From the NCBI RefSeq assembly GCF_011386835.1, contig NC_088812.1:3968001-4032000 (forward strand): 64,000 nt of DNA. The letters are read 5' to 3'. The notes beneath the pieces are model-generated. The model was given only the letters and a program-made list of their open reading frames with translations. It did no database searches and was not told the origin of the DNA. This document shows positions 34,801 through 45,089 of this stretch, one piece after another. How positions within the stretch are numbered: the first letter of the stretch is position 1; each line of letters opens with the position of its first letter. Source of the DNA: Chrysemys picta bellii. Lineage: Eukaryota. The position numbers and the translations under genes were made by a program.

Positions 34801-37800
34801 TTGGAAGGGACCTCAGGAGATCATCTAGTCCAACCCCCTGCTCAGAGCAGGACCAGTGCATCGGGCATTGGTGACAGGAACTTTCCCAGGACAACACCCA
34901 GAGCGGTGGGGGGCTGGGAGCCAGGACTCCTGGGTTCTCTCCCCAGCTCTGGGAGGGGAGTGGGGGTCTAGTGGTTCGAATACCACTGCTGGGCCCAACC
35001 ATGGTGCACTGGGCTCACTGGACCCGATCCTGCCAGGTGCTCAGCACCTTCCTCTCCCTTTCATCCTCCTCCCGAGGGGGAGAGGGGGGGAGGCTGGCCC
35101 CCAGCCCTCACTGCTTCCTGCATTAGACACGGCCCAGGGACGCCTATGACCTGACCCCTGGCTACATTCCCCCGAGAGCCATGAGCCACTGGCCACAGCC
35201 AGATTGGACAGGGGCAATTGGGCCTCGTGGGATGGCTTTCAGCTGGGACCATGCCTTATTTATTGGGTGGAGGAGACCCCAGGACAGATCTCACCCCCCG
35301 TGCACACACATACAAACCGACGTGCACCCGCGCAGCCGTGTACCTCTCTATGTCGAAGGGGAAGCAGAATTTGGGCAGCATCTGGATGGATTCCTGGAGA
35401 AGGCAAGGTGAAAATTACACATACCCCCCTGAGTGCAGAGATCACAGAGACCCAGCACACCAGGGTGGGGGTGAAGGTCAGATGGTCTTTATTTCCTGTC
35501 TGCTCTTTGCCCCCGCCTGGAGGGAAAATCCCCTAGGGCCAAAAAGCCGCATCAAACACCCCAGCCCTTGCAACAGACGAGAAGCCAGGACTGAGCTGCG
35601 AGAAATTTAAGGGGGATTCTTTTGACCCAGGCTACTGGACGCAGACAGCCCCTGCGGTTCTTGCTGGTTTAATCCGCAGACAGGCCCATGATCTGGGATG
35701 GCAGGGCTACATGGGCCCGTGGGTCTGAGCAAGGGGGCAGGGAGGGGGAGAGAGCAGGCTATGATCTCTGGGCAGGGGGGATCCTGGGTTAGATGGACAT
35801 TGGGCAGATTAAGCCCAGATCCATGGCTCCGGGCCCACACACCAGCCTGACCCCAACGCACGGTGGGGGTGAGCGGCTGATGCTCAACTGGCCTCCACTG
35901 GCACAGGGGAAACATGGCGCTTGGCAGAGGGGAGCAGAAGCGAGGCACAGACCTGGTCATCGAACTCCTCCGGGAACTGCCTCAGCACCTGGGGGTCTGT
36001 GGGGAAAGCAGAGATAGAACCACAATGACACCCCTTCCCCCCAGTCCCCCAAGCCCCTGCCAACGCTCCCTGAGCCCCACAACCTCCCTCACCAGTGGGG
36101 AGTAGGGAGAGGAAGTGACTTGTCCAAAGACAGTGGCAGAGCCAGGAATAGAACCAGGGAGTCCTGGCTCCCCCACTCTAACCACTAGACCCCACTCCCC
36201 TCCCAGAGCCAGGGAGTCCTGGCTCCCCCACTCTAACCACTAGATCCCACTCCCCTCCCAGAGCCAGGAATAGAACCCAGGAGTCTTGGCTCTCAGCTCC
36301 CCCAACCCCCCAACCATTTCATAAAGGCCGCCAATCAGCACCACTGGATGGTAATGACTTTAGGATACTACTAGAGTGGCCTGGATTTGAACTTGTAACC
36401 CAGAGGGGAAATGCCCCGTCTCCCTGCCAGTCTCCCTGCCCAGGGAACAGAGCAGAGCTGGCACCCCCTAGAGGAGAGCAGCTCCACATCTCATCCCGCC
36501 CCTGCACCCAACCAGTCCCACCAGCTAAGAGCGGGGAAAGGTCCCCTATGCCATTCCCCAACCTCCTGGAGCCAACCAGGCCTCCAGAATCAGCACCCTG
36601 GAGAAGAAAGGCCCTGTATCTAGTGCAACAGGGGGGTGGGAAACCAGGCTAGATGGGCCCATGGGTCTGACTGGGGTATCAGGGGGGCAGGATACCAGGC
36701 TAGGTGGGCCCATGGGTCTGACTGGAGTAACAGGGGGGCGGGATATCAGGCTAGGTGGGTCCATGGGTCTGACTGGGGTATCAGGGGGGTGGGAAACCAG
36801 GCTGGGTGGGCCCATGGGGTAGCAGCAGGGTCGGCGCAACCCATTAGGCGACCTATGCGGCCGCCTAGGGCGCTAACATTTGGGGGGCGGCGACCGCGGC
36901 GGCCGGATCTTCGGCTGCCCCGGTTGTCATCGGTATTTCGGGGGCGGGACCTTCCACCGCCTAGGGCGGCAAAAAAGCTGGCGGCGCTCCTGGGTAGCAG
37001 GGAGGTCAGGGATACCAGGCTGGGGGGGCCCATGGGTCTGACTGGGGTAACAGGGGGCCGGATACCAGGCTGGGTGGGCCCATGGGTCTGACTGGGGTAA
37101 CAGGGGGCCGGATACCAGGCTGGGTGGGCCCATGGGTCTGACTGGGGTAACAGGGGGCCAGATACCAGGCTGGGTGGGCCCATGGGTCTGACTGGGGTAA
37201 CAGGGGGCCGGATACCAGGCTGGGTGGGCCCATGGGTCTGACTGGGGTAACAGGGGGCCGGATACCAGGCTGGGGGGGGCCATGGGTCTGACTGGGCTAA
37301 TGGGGGGGCCGGGTACCAGGCTGGGTGGGCCCATGGGTCTGACTGGGGTAACAGGGGGGCCGGATACCAGGCTGGATGGGCCCATGGGTCTGACTGGGGT
37401 ACCAGGGAGGTCAGGGATACCAGGCTGGGGGGGCCCATGGGTCTGACTGGGGTAACAGGGGGGCGGGATACCAGGCTGGGGGGGGCCCATGGGTCTGACT
37501 GGGGTACCGGGGGGCCGGATACCAGGCTGGATGGGCCCATGGGTCTGACTGGGGTACCAGGGAGGTCAGGGATACCAGGCTGGGGGGGGCCATGGGTCTG
37601 ACTGGGCTAACGGGGGGCGGGATACCAGGCTGGGGGGGCCCATGGGTCTGACTGGGCTAACGGGGGGCCGGGTACCAGGCTGGGTGGGCCCATGGGTCTG
37701 ACTGGGCTAACGGGGGGCCGGATACCAGGCTGGGGGGGCCCATGGGTCTGACTGGGCTAACGGGGGGCCGGATACCAGGCTGGGTGGGCCCATGGGTCTG

Positions 37801-40800
37801 ACTGGGCTAACGGGGGGCCGGATACCAGGCTGGGGGGGCCCATGGGTCTGACTGGGCTAACGGGGGGCCGGATACCAGGCTGGGGGGGCCCACTGCTCGG
37901 AGCTGCTTGGGCCATGGGGGTAGGACACTGGAGGGGACTCAGGCTGGGAGCGGCCGCCCCAGCAGCTGGGGGTCTGTTTGGTTGTGAAGATCCAAGGAGG
38001 CGCACGATGCACACAGGTCCCTGGGGGAGCCGTGGGCTCGGGGGACTCGGGGGACGTCGGTCTCTACACCTGGATTCTTTAGTGGACCATCATCCCCCAC
38101 CCCCAGGGCAGCCTCCCACTGGTACACCTCCGCCCCCCCCGCCCCCGCCCCCGCAGCTAGCGCTCGGGACCGTGGGTTCCCACTACCCCCATGCAGGGCA
38201 GGATGCCCCCCCACCCCTCAGCTGCTCCGCACCAGACACGCTAGCTGCCTCCACCTCCCGCCTCGCCACTTCCTGCGGCTGCTGAGAGCGGCCCAGACAG
38301 AAGGGCCCTTCGGCTCTGCGTGGGGGTGGGGGGCGCACCTCTGAACCCCGGCCTTGCCCTGGCCATGAAGCCGGCTCCCTCCCCCCGCAGGAGGATGGGG
38401 AAGGGGTTTCTGATTTCCCAGGACCTCACAGGAACCCCCACTGTGAGCCGGGCTGTAATGCCTGACAGGCGGTTTATACAGCAATTCTTCACCCAGTGCC
38501 AAGATGCAACCACCTCTGGGGTACCGTGTGGCAGCTGTTTACCTAGGGAACCCTTGCCTGGTGCTGAGATGCAGTCACCTCTGGGGGGGAGGGTGCGGGG
38601 GCTTTTTATACAGGGATCCCTGCCCGGTGCTGAGATACAGCCACTTTGGGGGTGGGACGCAGGGGGCTGTTTATACAAGGATCTCTCACCCGGCGCTGAG
38701 ATGCAGCTGCCGCTGGGGTGGGACGCAGGGGGCTGTTTACACAGGGATCCTTCGCCCGGCTGAGGGGCAGCCATTTCTGGGGTAGGATGCAAGGGCTGTT
38801 GAACAGCCAGCGATAGCAGTTTAGGACAGGAAGTGAATAGCAGTTTCCAGGGCAAGAAAACTGCAGGAGTATTTAGGGAGGCAGAACAGAATAATCTACA
38901 GACAGGATGTGGGATACACACCTCAGCTCTTGCACCCACAACACACACACACACACACAGTGCTAGGGAAACTATCAACTCTATCACCACGCTGGGGCAG
39001 CGGGGCCCACAGGGACTGCAAGGGGAGGGTGCCCCCTACTGAGCCCCCCACCCAATTCCTGCAGCATCCTGCCCCCAAGCACCATGCTGGGGTATTGGGG
39101 TCATAGTGACTCCAAGGGACGTACGCCCCCCCCCACTGTTCCCCTGCCACCAGGCAGCACCCACCGGACTCTCATCCTACCATGGGCTTTGCTGGACTCT
39201 GCTTGGCTCGGAGGAAATCCCAACCCGAGGTCAGACATCTGGAGGCTCTTTGTGTCTCCCCTGAACTGCAGATGCCAAGCCCATCCCAAATGCTGTCCTT
39301 CGTGAAGACAACCCACCATAAACACCATGGGACGGCCCTTATTTCCAGGGGTCTTTAGGCTCACAGAGCAATGGAAGAGACACACAGCCACAACTGCTCT
39401 AACCACTAGACCCCACTCCTAGGAAAGAACCCAGGAGTCCTGACTCTCAGTCCCCTCCCCTGCTCCCACTTAGACAGCTACACTCCAGAACCCTCCCAGA
39501 GCTAGAAATCCCCTGGCGTCCTGACTCCCACAGCCACCCTCTGCTCTAACCATTAGACATCACGCCCCTCCTGGAGTTGGAAATAGAACCCAGGAGTCCT
39601 GGCTCTGAGCACCACCCCGTTCAATTCCCCTCCCAGAGCTGGGGATAGAGCCCAGGAATTTTGACTCCCAGCCCCCCTGCTCTAACCATGAGCCCCTGGG
39701 GATAGAACCCAGGAGTCCTGACTGCCAGACCAGAGATCCACTTTTAGCCCCAGGGAAGGTAGGCTGGATTTGAACCAACAACCTGAAGTTAAGACTCCGG
39801 TGTCCATTTGCCTCAGCCCTTCCCTTTGCATCCCCACCCCCATGAACACAGATAAACCGCACACAACCCGCCCGCCCCGGCGCTGGCCTCTGGGCTCAGG
39901 GACTTACCGTCATCTGCAGATGTGGGGCAGGCTGCCTCGAAGAACAAATCAAATGTCTTCTGGGGATTTTCCCTGGTGGGGGGAGAAGAAAGGAACCTAT
40001 AGCCACTGGCCAGGCTAATGACTGAGAACGGACACAGCTCAGTGCACAGGTGGCTGTCACAGGACTGTGCCCATTTGCTCAGCAAGTTTAGGCCTGTATG
40101 CCCTGAGGCGCTGGGGGGAAAACCCTTTCAGGAAGGGCCCAATTTAGGCTGCTCAGACTTCTTGTCTCCTGGGGGGGGACACACACGACTTTTAATGCAC
40201 AGGCCAGGCACAGCTGGGGGTTGGGCACCTCTTAGGAGGACCTGGCTAAGGACCCCGGCGACGGATCCAGACTCCACATGGAATGGGAACCCCTCATATG
40301 GAGATAAGGCACATTACTGAGAGCTGGGACCGCTGGCTTCTAGGCCCAGCTCTGGGAGGGGAGTTGGGTGTAGTGGTGGGGGTGAGGGTGGGAGGGGTTG
40401 GGATTCTGGACTCTTGTGTTCTAATTCACTCCTGCTCTGCCCCGACTGTCCCTTTCTCTGTGCCTCAGTTTCCCCCCCCCCCCCGTAAGAGGGGGCCGTT
40501 AACGCTGACCCGCCTCTCTGAGGTTAGGCTGAATTCATCCGTAAGCCAGGATGAATCTTTGGCTAGAAGATGCCAAAGGACAGCAACAGGATTAGCCGAC
40601 ACAGCTCCACCAGTGGGCTAAAAAACCACCCCTGAGGCGCCCCATAATCCTGCCTAGAGGATGGAGGAGAACTCCCCTCCCAACTGCGGACGCCCCCCAC
40701 CCCTGGCTCCCGCAGTCCTGCCCAGGAGAACCCTGGGCTGCTCACCTGCCTGGCTAGCTCAAACCTGGGCACGGTTGCCCAGCTGCTGAACAGCGCTGGA

Positions 40801-41218
40801 AAGAGATGGACCCCAAAGCTGGCACAGCCCAGCCTACAGCGGGGCCAGCACCCTGCCAGCCTAGGGATCCCTGACCCTGCCACCCCTTTGCAGCGGCCAG
40901 TTCTCCATGGCGTCCACCCGCCCGACCGAAGGGAGAAATCTTCCATCCCCTCAGTCTCACTCCCTTCGTGGGGGCCTGAGGCATTGAACCCAGCGAAGAC
41001 GGGGTGTCTTAAAGGGTCCCGTCTGCCCCCCTCGGTGTCCGCTCAGGATCAAAGGTCAATTTCACTTTCTCCACTGATCAGGTAACAATCCAGCAGGTGA
41101 GAGGCTGTGGGGGGGGCTCCTCTGAGGGGCTGAAAATCCCTTCCGCTAAAGCCCAGGCCCCGCGTGAGGTCAGCGCCCAGAGAAAATCAAAGGGGTCTTA
41201 CTTTATCCGCGAGCCCAT
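15996..41218 (-). CDS. DENND1C: DENN domain-containing protein 1C (connecdenn 3, Rab35 GEF); 22-23 coding exons, 874 aa (906 with cassette exon)
   Basis: All exons join in frame with GT-AG, from MGSRIK to [15 protein letters not shown] motifs include [73 protein letters not shown]1C-type tail ([16 protein letters not shown]). Lies between CRB3 and the tubulin gene. Confidence 0.95.
16190..16415 (-). repeat. 39-bp coding tandem repeat (13 aa), about 5.5 copies
   Basis: [13 protein letters not shown] units in the DENND1C last exon. Confidence 0.95.
17251..17467 (-). CDS. DENND1C: DENND1C exon 22
   Basis: AAPAEG...[21 protein letters not shown]...[15 protein letters not shown]. Confidence 0.9.
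17935..17990 (-). CDS. DENND1C: DENND1C exon 21
   Basis: [19 protein letters not shown]. Confidence 0.88.
18320..18745. repeat. 47-54-bp minisatellite with CAGATG-N5-CATCTG core, about 9 copies
   Basis: Cores at 18328, 18380, 18482, 18529, 18575, 18622. Confidence 0.9.
18821..18955 (-). CDS. DENND1C: DENND1C exon 20
   Basis: [45 protein letters not shown]. Confidence 0.92.
19014..19998 (-). mobile_element. CR1 LINE, 5'-truncated 3' fragment
   Basis: Minus ORFs encode CR1 RT C-terminus ([17 protein letters not shown]; [13 protein letters not shown]); CR1-type 3' UTR with terminal ctat-containing repeats. Confidence 0.92.
20905..20961 (-). CDS. DENND1C: DENND1C exon 19
   Basis: [19 protein letters not shown]; phase 0-0. 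Confidence 0.88.
21040..21200. repeat. Short degenerate tandem repeat (cacgactgcatccccctg)
   Basis: 3-4 visible copies. Confidence 0.7.
21269..21340 (-). CDS. DENND1C: DENND1C exon 18
   Basis: [24 protein letters not shown]. Confidence 0.94.
22132..22635. mobile_element. Solo LTR-like element
   Basis: TGTCAC...GTCACA termini with a duplicated end (cccacttcgtcaca twice); flanks ccttc/gcttc. Confidence 0.55.
23478..23518 (-). CDS. DENND1C: DENND1C exon 17
   Basis: [14 protein letters not shown]. Confidence 0.93.
23738..24152 (+). mobile_element. tRNA-box-containing repeat interrupted by the MITE
   Basis: A box at 23850 and B box GGTTCGATCCC at 24121 are 45 nt apart once the MITE and one TSD are removed. 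Confidence 0.6.
23867..24084. mobile_element. hAT-type MITE
   Basis: TIR caggggttctcaaac / gtttgagaccccctg; 8-bp TSD cggtagag/aggtagag. Confidence 0.85.
24222..24312 (-). CDS. DENND1C: DENND1C exon 16
   Basis: [30 protein letters not shown]. Confidence 0.95.
24385..25380. repeat. About 40-bp purine-rich minisatellite, about 25 copies
   Basis: accattag recurs every 38-41 nt; a block at 24401 recurs at 24721. Confidence 0.95.
25731..25832 (-). CDS. DENND1C: DENND1C exon 15
   Basis: [34 protein letters not shown]. Confidence 0.95.
26769..26894 (-). CDS. DENND1C: DENND1C exon 14
   Basis: [42 protein letters not shown]. Confidence 0.95.
27505..27606 (-). CDS. DENND1C: DENND1C exon 13
   Basis: [34 protein letters not shown]. 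Confidence 0.95.
28120..28165 (-). CDS. DENND1C: DENND1C exon 12
   Basis: [15 protein letters not shown]. Confidence 0.95.
28310..29110. repeat. 95-bp minisatellite, about 8.5 copies, CTCF-like motif
   Basis: cagcacagcg at 28396, 28491, 28586, 28681, 28776, 28871, 28957, 29052. Confidence 0.95.
29215..29315 (-). CDS. DENND1C: DENND1C exon 11
   Basis: [34 protein letters not shown]. Confidence 0.95.
29652..29762 (-). CDS. DENND1C: DENND1C exon 10
   Basis: [37 protein letters not shown]. Confidence 0.95.
29860..30720. repeat. CTGCAG-punctuated compound minisatellite (60-bp period from about 34+26-bp subunits)
   Basis: Lines at 30481 and 30541 are nearly identical. Confidence 0.92.
30869..30922 (-). 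CDS. DENND1C: DENND1C exon 9
   Basis: [18 protein letters not shown]. Confidence 0.93.
31255..31350 (-). CDS. DENND1C: DENND1C candidate cassette exon 8 (32 aa)
   Basis: Pyrimidine tract plus AAG acceptor, GTGAGT donor, 96 nt, phase 0-0, open frame [32 protein letters not shown]; position matches the insert exon recalled for human DENND1B/C. Confidence 0.65.
31530..32080 (-). mobile_element. Cluster of CR1 3' fragments with a tRNA-head/CR1-tail SINE (about 31680-31848)
   Basis: Minus strand gggagggatagcttagtggtt...gagttcaatcc (A/B boxes) linked to the CR1-type tail gaagggacctcaggaggtcatctagt. Confidence 0.75.
32985..33690. mobile_element. Fragmented non-autonomous DNA-transposon-like sequence (about 32985-33150 and 33490-33690)
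   Basis: Repeated ccgtgaaat motifs; ctattgtaggggggtcgc and its inverse. Confidence 0.45.
33746..33826 (-). CDS. DENND1C: DENND1C exon 7
   Basis: [27 protein letters not shown]; donor gtaagt. Confidence 0.9.
33964..34033 (-). CDS. DENND1C: DENND1C exon 6
   Basis: [23 protein letters not shown]. Confidence 0.94.
34557..34676 (-). CDS. DENND1C: DENND1C exon 5
   Basis: [40 protein letters not shown]. Confidence 0.94.
34770..34856 (-). mobile_element. CR1/SINE 3' terminus
   Basis: (catagagt)n followed by atcagggttggaagggacctcaggagatcatctagtccaacc. Confidence 0.8.
35344..35393 (-). CDS. DENND1C: DENND1C exon 4
   Basis: [17 protein letters not shown]. Confidence 0.93.
35953..35996 (-). CDS. DENND1C: DENND1C exon 3
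   Basis: [15 protein letters not shown]. Confidence 0.92.
36625..37890. repeat. 50-bp minisatellite, about 22 copies
   Basis: gataccaggctgggtgggcccatgggtctgactggggtaacagggggccg. Confidence 0.95.
36826..36992. mobile_element. CpG-rich hAT-type MITE inside a minisatellite
   Basis: CAGG...CCTG ends with a perfect 8-bp TSD GGTAGCAG (36818-36825 and 36993-37000). Confidence 0.8.
38500..38800. repeat. 66-bp tandem repeat (related copies at 34215-34340)
   Basis: gctgagatgcag...ctggggtggg...gctgtttatacagggatcc at 38563, 38629, 38695. Confidence 0.85.
39908..39972 (-). CDS. DENND1C: DENND1C exon 2
   Basis: [21 protein letters not shown]; cag/gtaagt. Confidence 0.92.
41202..41218 (-). CDS. DENND1C: DENND1C exon 1 (MGSRIK)
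   Basis: ATGGGCTCGCGGATAAA|gtaaga; DENND1-family N-terminus; phase 2. Confidence 0.88.
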
Positions 41219-41424
41219 GATTGTCACTGCTCATTCCCCGTCACGGTCTCATCCCAGGCGGGCTGCCTCCCACGGGGGTGGTGCCCGCGGCACCTCTGGA
41301 GGGTAGATTTCAAGGCCGGGTTGGGTATTAAAAAAAAAAACAAGAAAAAACCTCTCTCTCCTTTTTTTTTTTTTACGGTGCATCTACAAAAATATGAAAA
41401 AATCGCTCTCCTGTTGCTTCAGAG

Positions 41425-41460
41425 TTTCCTGTGTGGCTTTTCATTAGAGGAAGTCTAAGC
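41425..41460. promoter_or_regulatory. ETS/RUNX-like sites upstream of DENND1C start codon
   Basis: TTTCCTGTGTGGC and AGAGGAAGT about 210-235 bp upstream of the ATG; short motifs only. Confidence 0.3.
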
Positions 41461-41684
41461 GCCGTGACACCCAATGGGGGCCCGGCAGGCTGGGGCGGCT
41501 GGGGGGAGGGTGCATTGTGTCGCCTGATGGGGAGGCAGGGAGGTCCGGGTTTGCCCTCGTTGTAGGAGGGGTCTCTGATACGTCGCCCTGCTCTCCGAAG
41601 GCCCGGCCGCAGATCGCAGCAGATCCCACGTGCTGAGCAGGCCGGGGCATTGCAGGGGGCACTCGCCACCGCTCTAGTCAATGC

Positions 41685-42300
41685 TGGCACTAGGGGGCGC
41701 TGTGCTCCTGGGAGTGTGGTGGGGAACTCAGTGGAGGGCTGTCTCCTCTGGCAGTCAGCGCAGACCCCAATGCCCCAGTGTGGCACTAGGGGGCGCTGTG
41801 CTGCAGGGTGGGGGTGGGTCAGTAGGGGGTTCTTTCCCCCTTAGTGCCGACTCCGGTTCCCAGCACTAGGGGGCGCTGTGCTGCAGGGTGTGGGGGGTCT
41901 GTAGGGGGTTCTTTCCCCCTTAGTGCCGACTCCGGTGTCCCAGCACTAGGGGGCGCTGTGCTGCAGGGTGGTGGGGTTCAGTAGGGGGTTCTTTCCCCCT
42001 TAGTGCCGACTCCGGTTCCCAGCACTAGGGGGCGCTGTGCTGCAGGGTGGTGGGGTTCAGTAGGGGGTTCTTTCCCCCTTAGTGCCGACTCCGGTTCCCA
42101 GCACTAGGGGGCGCTGTGCTGCAGGGTGGTGGGGTTCAGTAGGGGGTTCTTTCCCCCTTAGTGCCAACTCCGGTTCCCAGCACTAGGGGGCGCTGTGCTG
42201 CAGGAAACAGTGTGTGGGGCTCCATAGGAGGCGATCTCCCCTCTCAATCAGTGCTGACGGCAATGCCAGGGGGGCACTAGGGGGCGCTGTGCTGCAGGGA
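41685..42300. repeat. 79-80-bp minisatellite, CTCF-like motif, 8 motif copies
   Basis: CACTAGGGGGCGC at 41688, 41784, 41864, 41944, 42023, 42102, 42181, 42275. Confidence 0.95.
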
Positions 42301-44130
42301 ATGGAGTGGGGGGCTCTGCAGGGGGCGCTCTCCCCTCCGAGCAATGATGACCCCAATGACCCCTCGCTCACTGTCAAATCCTCATGGAGAGAAGGGAGCA
42401 GGTAATTTTTACCTCCATGTAGCGAGGCAGGGTCAGCCCTACACTCCACCCTCCTCCGAGGCTGACTGCGCCCCGCTACATCCAGGTGAAAACGAGTGGG
42501 TCTCCACTGGGATCAGCCCCCAGGTGGGGTGGGAAGGGGCGCAGGGGGTCCTGTCGCTCGTCGTGCCGGTGAATAACACCACCTAGCTCTTTCCCTCCGT
42601 AGCTCTCAAAGGACGTCAGGTCAGTATCATCACACCTGTCTGACAGGTGGGGAAACTGAGGCACAAAGTGGTGGATGCCCAAGGTCGTCCAGCGGGCCAG
42701 GGGCAGAGACAGGAATCCAACCCAGGCCTCCTGAGTCCCCGTCGGATGCTCTAGCCACTAGGCCGTATGGCCTCGAAACACATTGAAAGCGGCACTGACT
42801 CCAGGATGGAACTGTGCCAGTCTCTCCGCCCAGAGGCGGGCGTACAGCCGGAGGAACCCCTCCCTTCCCCGTCTGCAGGTCAGCAGGCGGCTGGTATGAC
42901 ATGCAGGTCTGGACGGACATCTGGGGCGAGCTGACCATACAGTGTATGGGAGCCCGATCCTGCTCAGAGCATGTGGGAACAGAGGAGTTCCCCTCAACCA
43001 TAGCTTAGCCCCCCACAGCTCAGTCCCTAGGCCCCTGGTAGGGCCCCCACAAACAATCCTGCAGGCAACTCGGGGTTAATTTAAAGGGACACTACCTTTT
43101 ATACCTACTTCTGCTTGGGACACTAGCCCGGTCAGTTTCACTTTCTGTGCCTAGACAGCAAATTCATTTCCTGGATTATTTGTCGCCTAGTGGTTAGAGC
43201 GGGGGGCCTGGGAGTCAGGACTCCTGGGTTCTCTCCCCAGCTCTGGGTGGGGAGAGGGTGGTTAGAGCAGAGGAGCTGGGGGTGGTGTCTCATGGTTAGA
43301 GCAGGGAGACGGGGAATCAGGACTCCTGTGTTTTATTTCCAGCTCTGGAAGGAGAGGTGGGTCTAGTGGTTAGAGCATGGCGGGGGTGCTGGGAGTCAGG
43401 ACTCCAGGGTTCTCTCCCCAGCTCTGGGTGAGGAACAGGGTCTAGTGGTGAGGTAAGAGAATCAGGACTCCGGGGTTCGAGGCATTTACAGGGCAATATG
43501 CAGGCCCCAGTCCACCCAGGCCCTATTGACTTAAATGGGACCCCGGCCTGTGTGGAGTTCACTGGGGCCTGAGGCCTGGTGCACCCTGGGCTTGAGCCAA
43601 AGCTGTTGCTGGACCGTTACAGTCCCCTCATGCGGACACAGTTTACGATGCTCTATCGCAGTTTGCGCTGACGCAGCTTAGCCGGGAGCCCTTGTGCCGA
43701 GACTGGAACCCAGGAGTCCTGGGCGTCAAACCTGGTGAGCTGCAATGGGGAAGTCAGGCTGTCGTGGTGTAGAGGGGTCGGCACAAGTGGCTGCACTCCC
43801 AGTGCTGACAAGACAGCAGACGAGGGATCCTCAACCTTCACCATAGCATGCAGGATCCCTCTCTGAAGGACACCCTAGCCCCTTTTAGCTGGGATCTAGG
43901 GGGTGGGTTGCAAAATCTGGGAGAAGAACCCCCACATTAGATCATTTGACACATGCAGAAATGGGATTTTTCCAGTGTTGCGAACTCTGGCAAGAAATGC
44001 TGTTTTTTCTTAAAGCCCCAGCTCCAGGAGTCATGTGAATGTGGGGAAAAGTACATTTCTAGCCCTCTCACTCATTGAGAAAAGTTTTCAAATGCCACTT
44101 GAGTATGACCTAAATAAAACAAAAGGCATC

Positions 44131-44500
44131 GGGAATAGAACCCAGGGGTCCTGACTCCCTGCGCTGCCCCCGTACCCCTCCCAGCACCGGGAATAGAACC
44201 CAGGGGTCCTGACTCCCTGCGCTGCCCCCGTACCCCTCCCGGCACCGGGAATAGAACCCAGGGGTCCTGACTCCCTGCGCTGCCCCCGTACCCTTCCCGG
44301 CACCGGGAATAGAACCCAGGGGTCCTGACTCCCTGCGCTGCCCCCGTACCCCTCCCGGCACCGGGAATAGAACCCAGGGGTCCTGACTCCCTGCGCTGCC
44401 CCCGTACCCCTCCCGGCACCGGGAATAGAACCCAGGGGTCCTGACTCCCTGCGCTGCCCCCGTACCCCTCCCGGCACCAGGAATAGAACCCAGGAGTCCT
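44131..44500. repeat. 58-bp near-perfect tandem repeat, about 6.3 copies
   Basis: gggaatagaacccagggg at 44131, 44189, 44247 ... Confidence 0.95.
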
Positions 44501-45089
44501 GATCATCCACTAACCACTAAACCCAACTCCCCTCCCAAAGCCAGGACTAGAACTTGGAGTCCCAGCCCACCCTGCTCTAACCCACTACCCCCCACTCCTC
44601 TCTCCGAGCTGAGAACTGAACCCAGGAGTCCTGATTCTCACCCCCACCAAACCCCCAGCTATGGGCCGTCTCCCAGCTGCAGAGAACCAGTCATTCCACC
44701 ACCACCCTCTTCCTGGTTGTCCTGAAACGACCCCTGAGGATCAGCCCACCCGCGCCTGGGCCCCTTTGCACTGAATCGCATAGCAGTGGGGGAGGGGGGG
44801 ATCTGTGCTGCAGGTGGGTCACGTGCCCTCCCCCCCCCCAGGGTATGAGGGGGGTGCCTTTGCAATCAGCCAGATCCTGCGCGCATGGCTGATTGCATGG
44901 AGACCCTGCCATGGAGACAAATGCCACTTTGTTCTGCGGCTGGGCGAGGCCTGGCGCTGACCTCATTCGCTGCGGCTGGCGTGGGTGGGGGGGGGGAGAG
45001 CTGGCTCCCTGCAGCACTCCCCTCCCCCCTCAATATGACACTGACCTAGATTGATCTACCAGCGCCATTCACACCCCCGCCCCTTCCAT

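Noticed and set aside
24320-37593. Long ORFs over the 24.4, 29.9 and 36.6 kb arrays (up to 334 aa)
   Set aside because: Open only because the repeat units lack stops; intronic, with no splice or homology support.
38069-38300. Alternative DENND1C first exon near an ETS site
   Set aside because: Weak donor (GTGTAG) and no in-frame ATG.
18320-42300. CRISPR-like repeat-spacer arrays
   Set aside because: The spacers are themselves homologous repeats, the genome is eukaryotic, and there are no cas genes.
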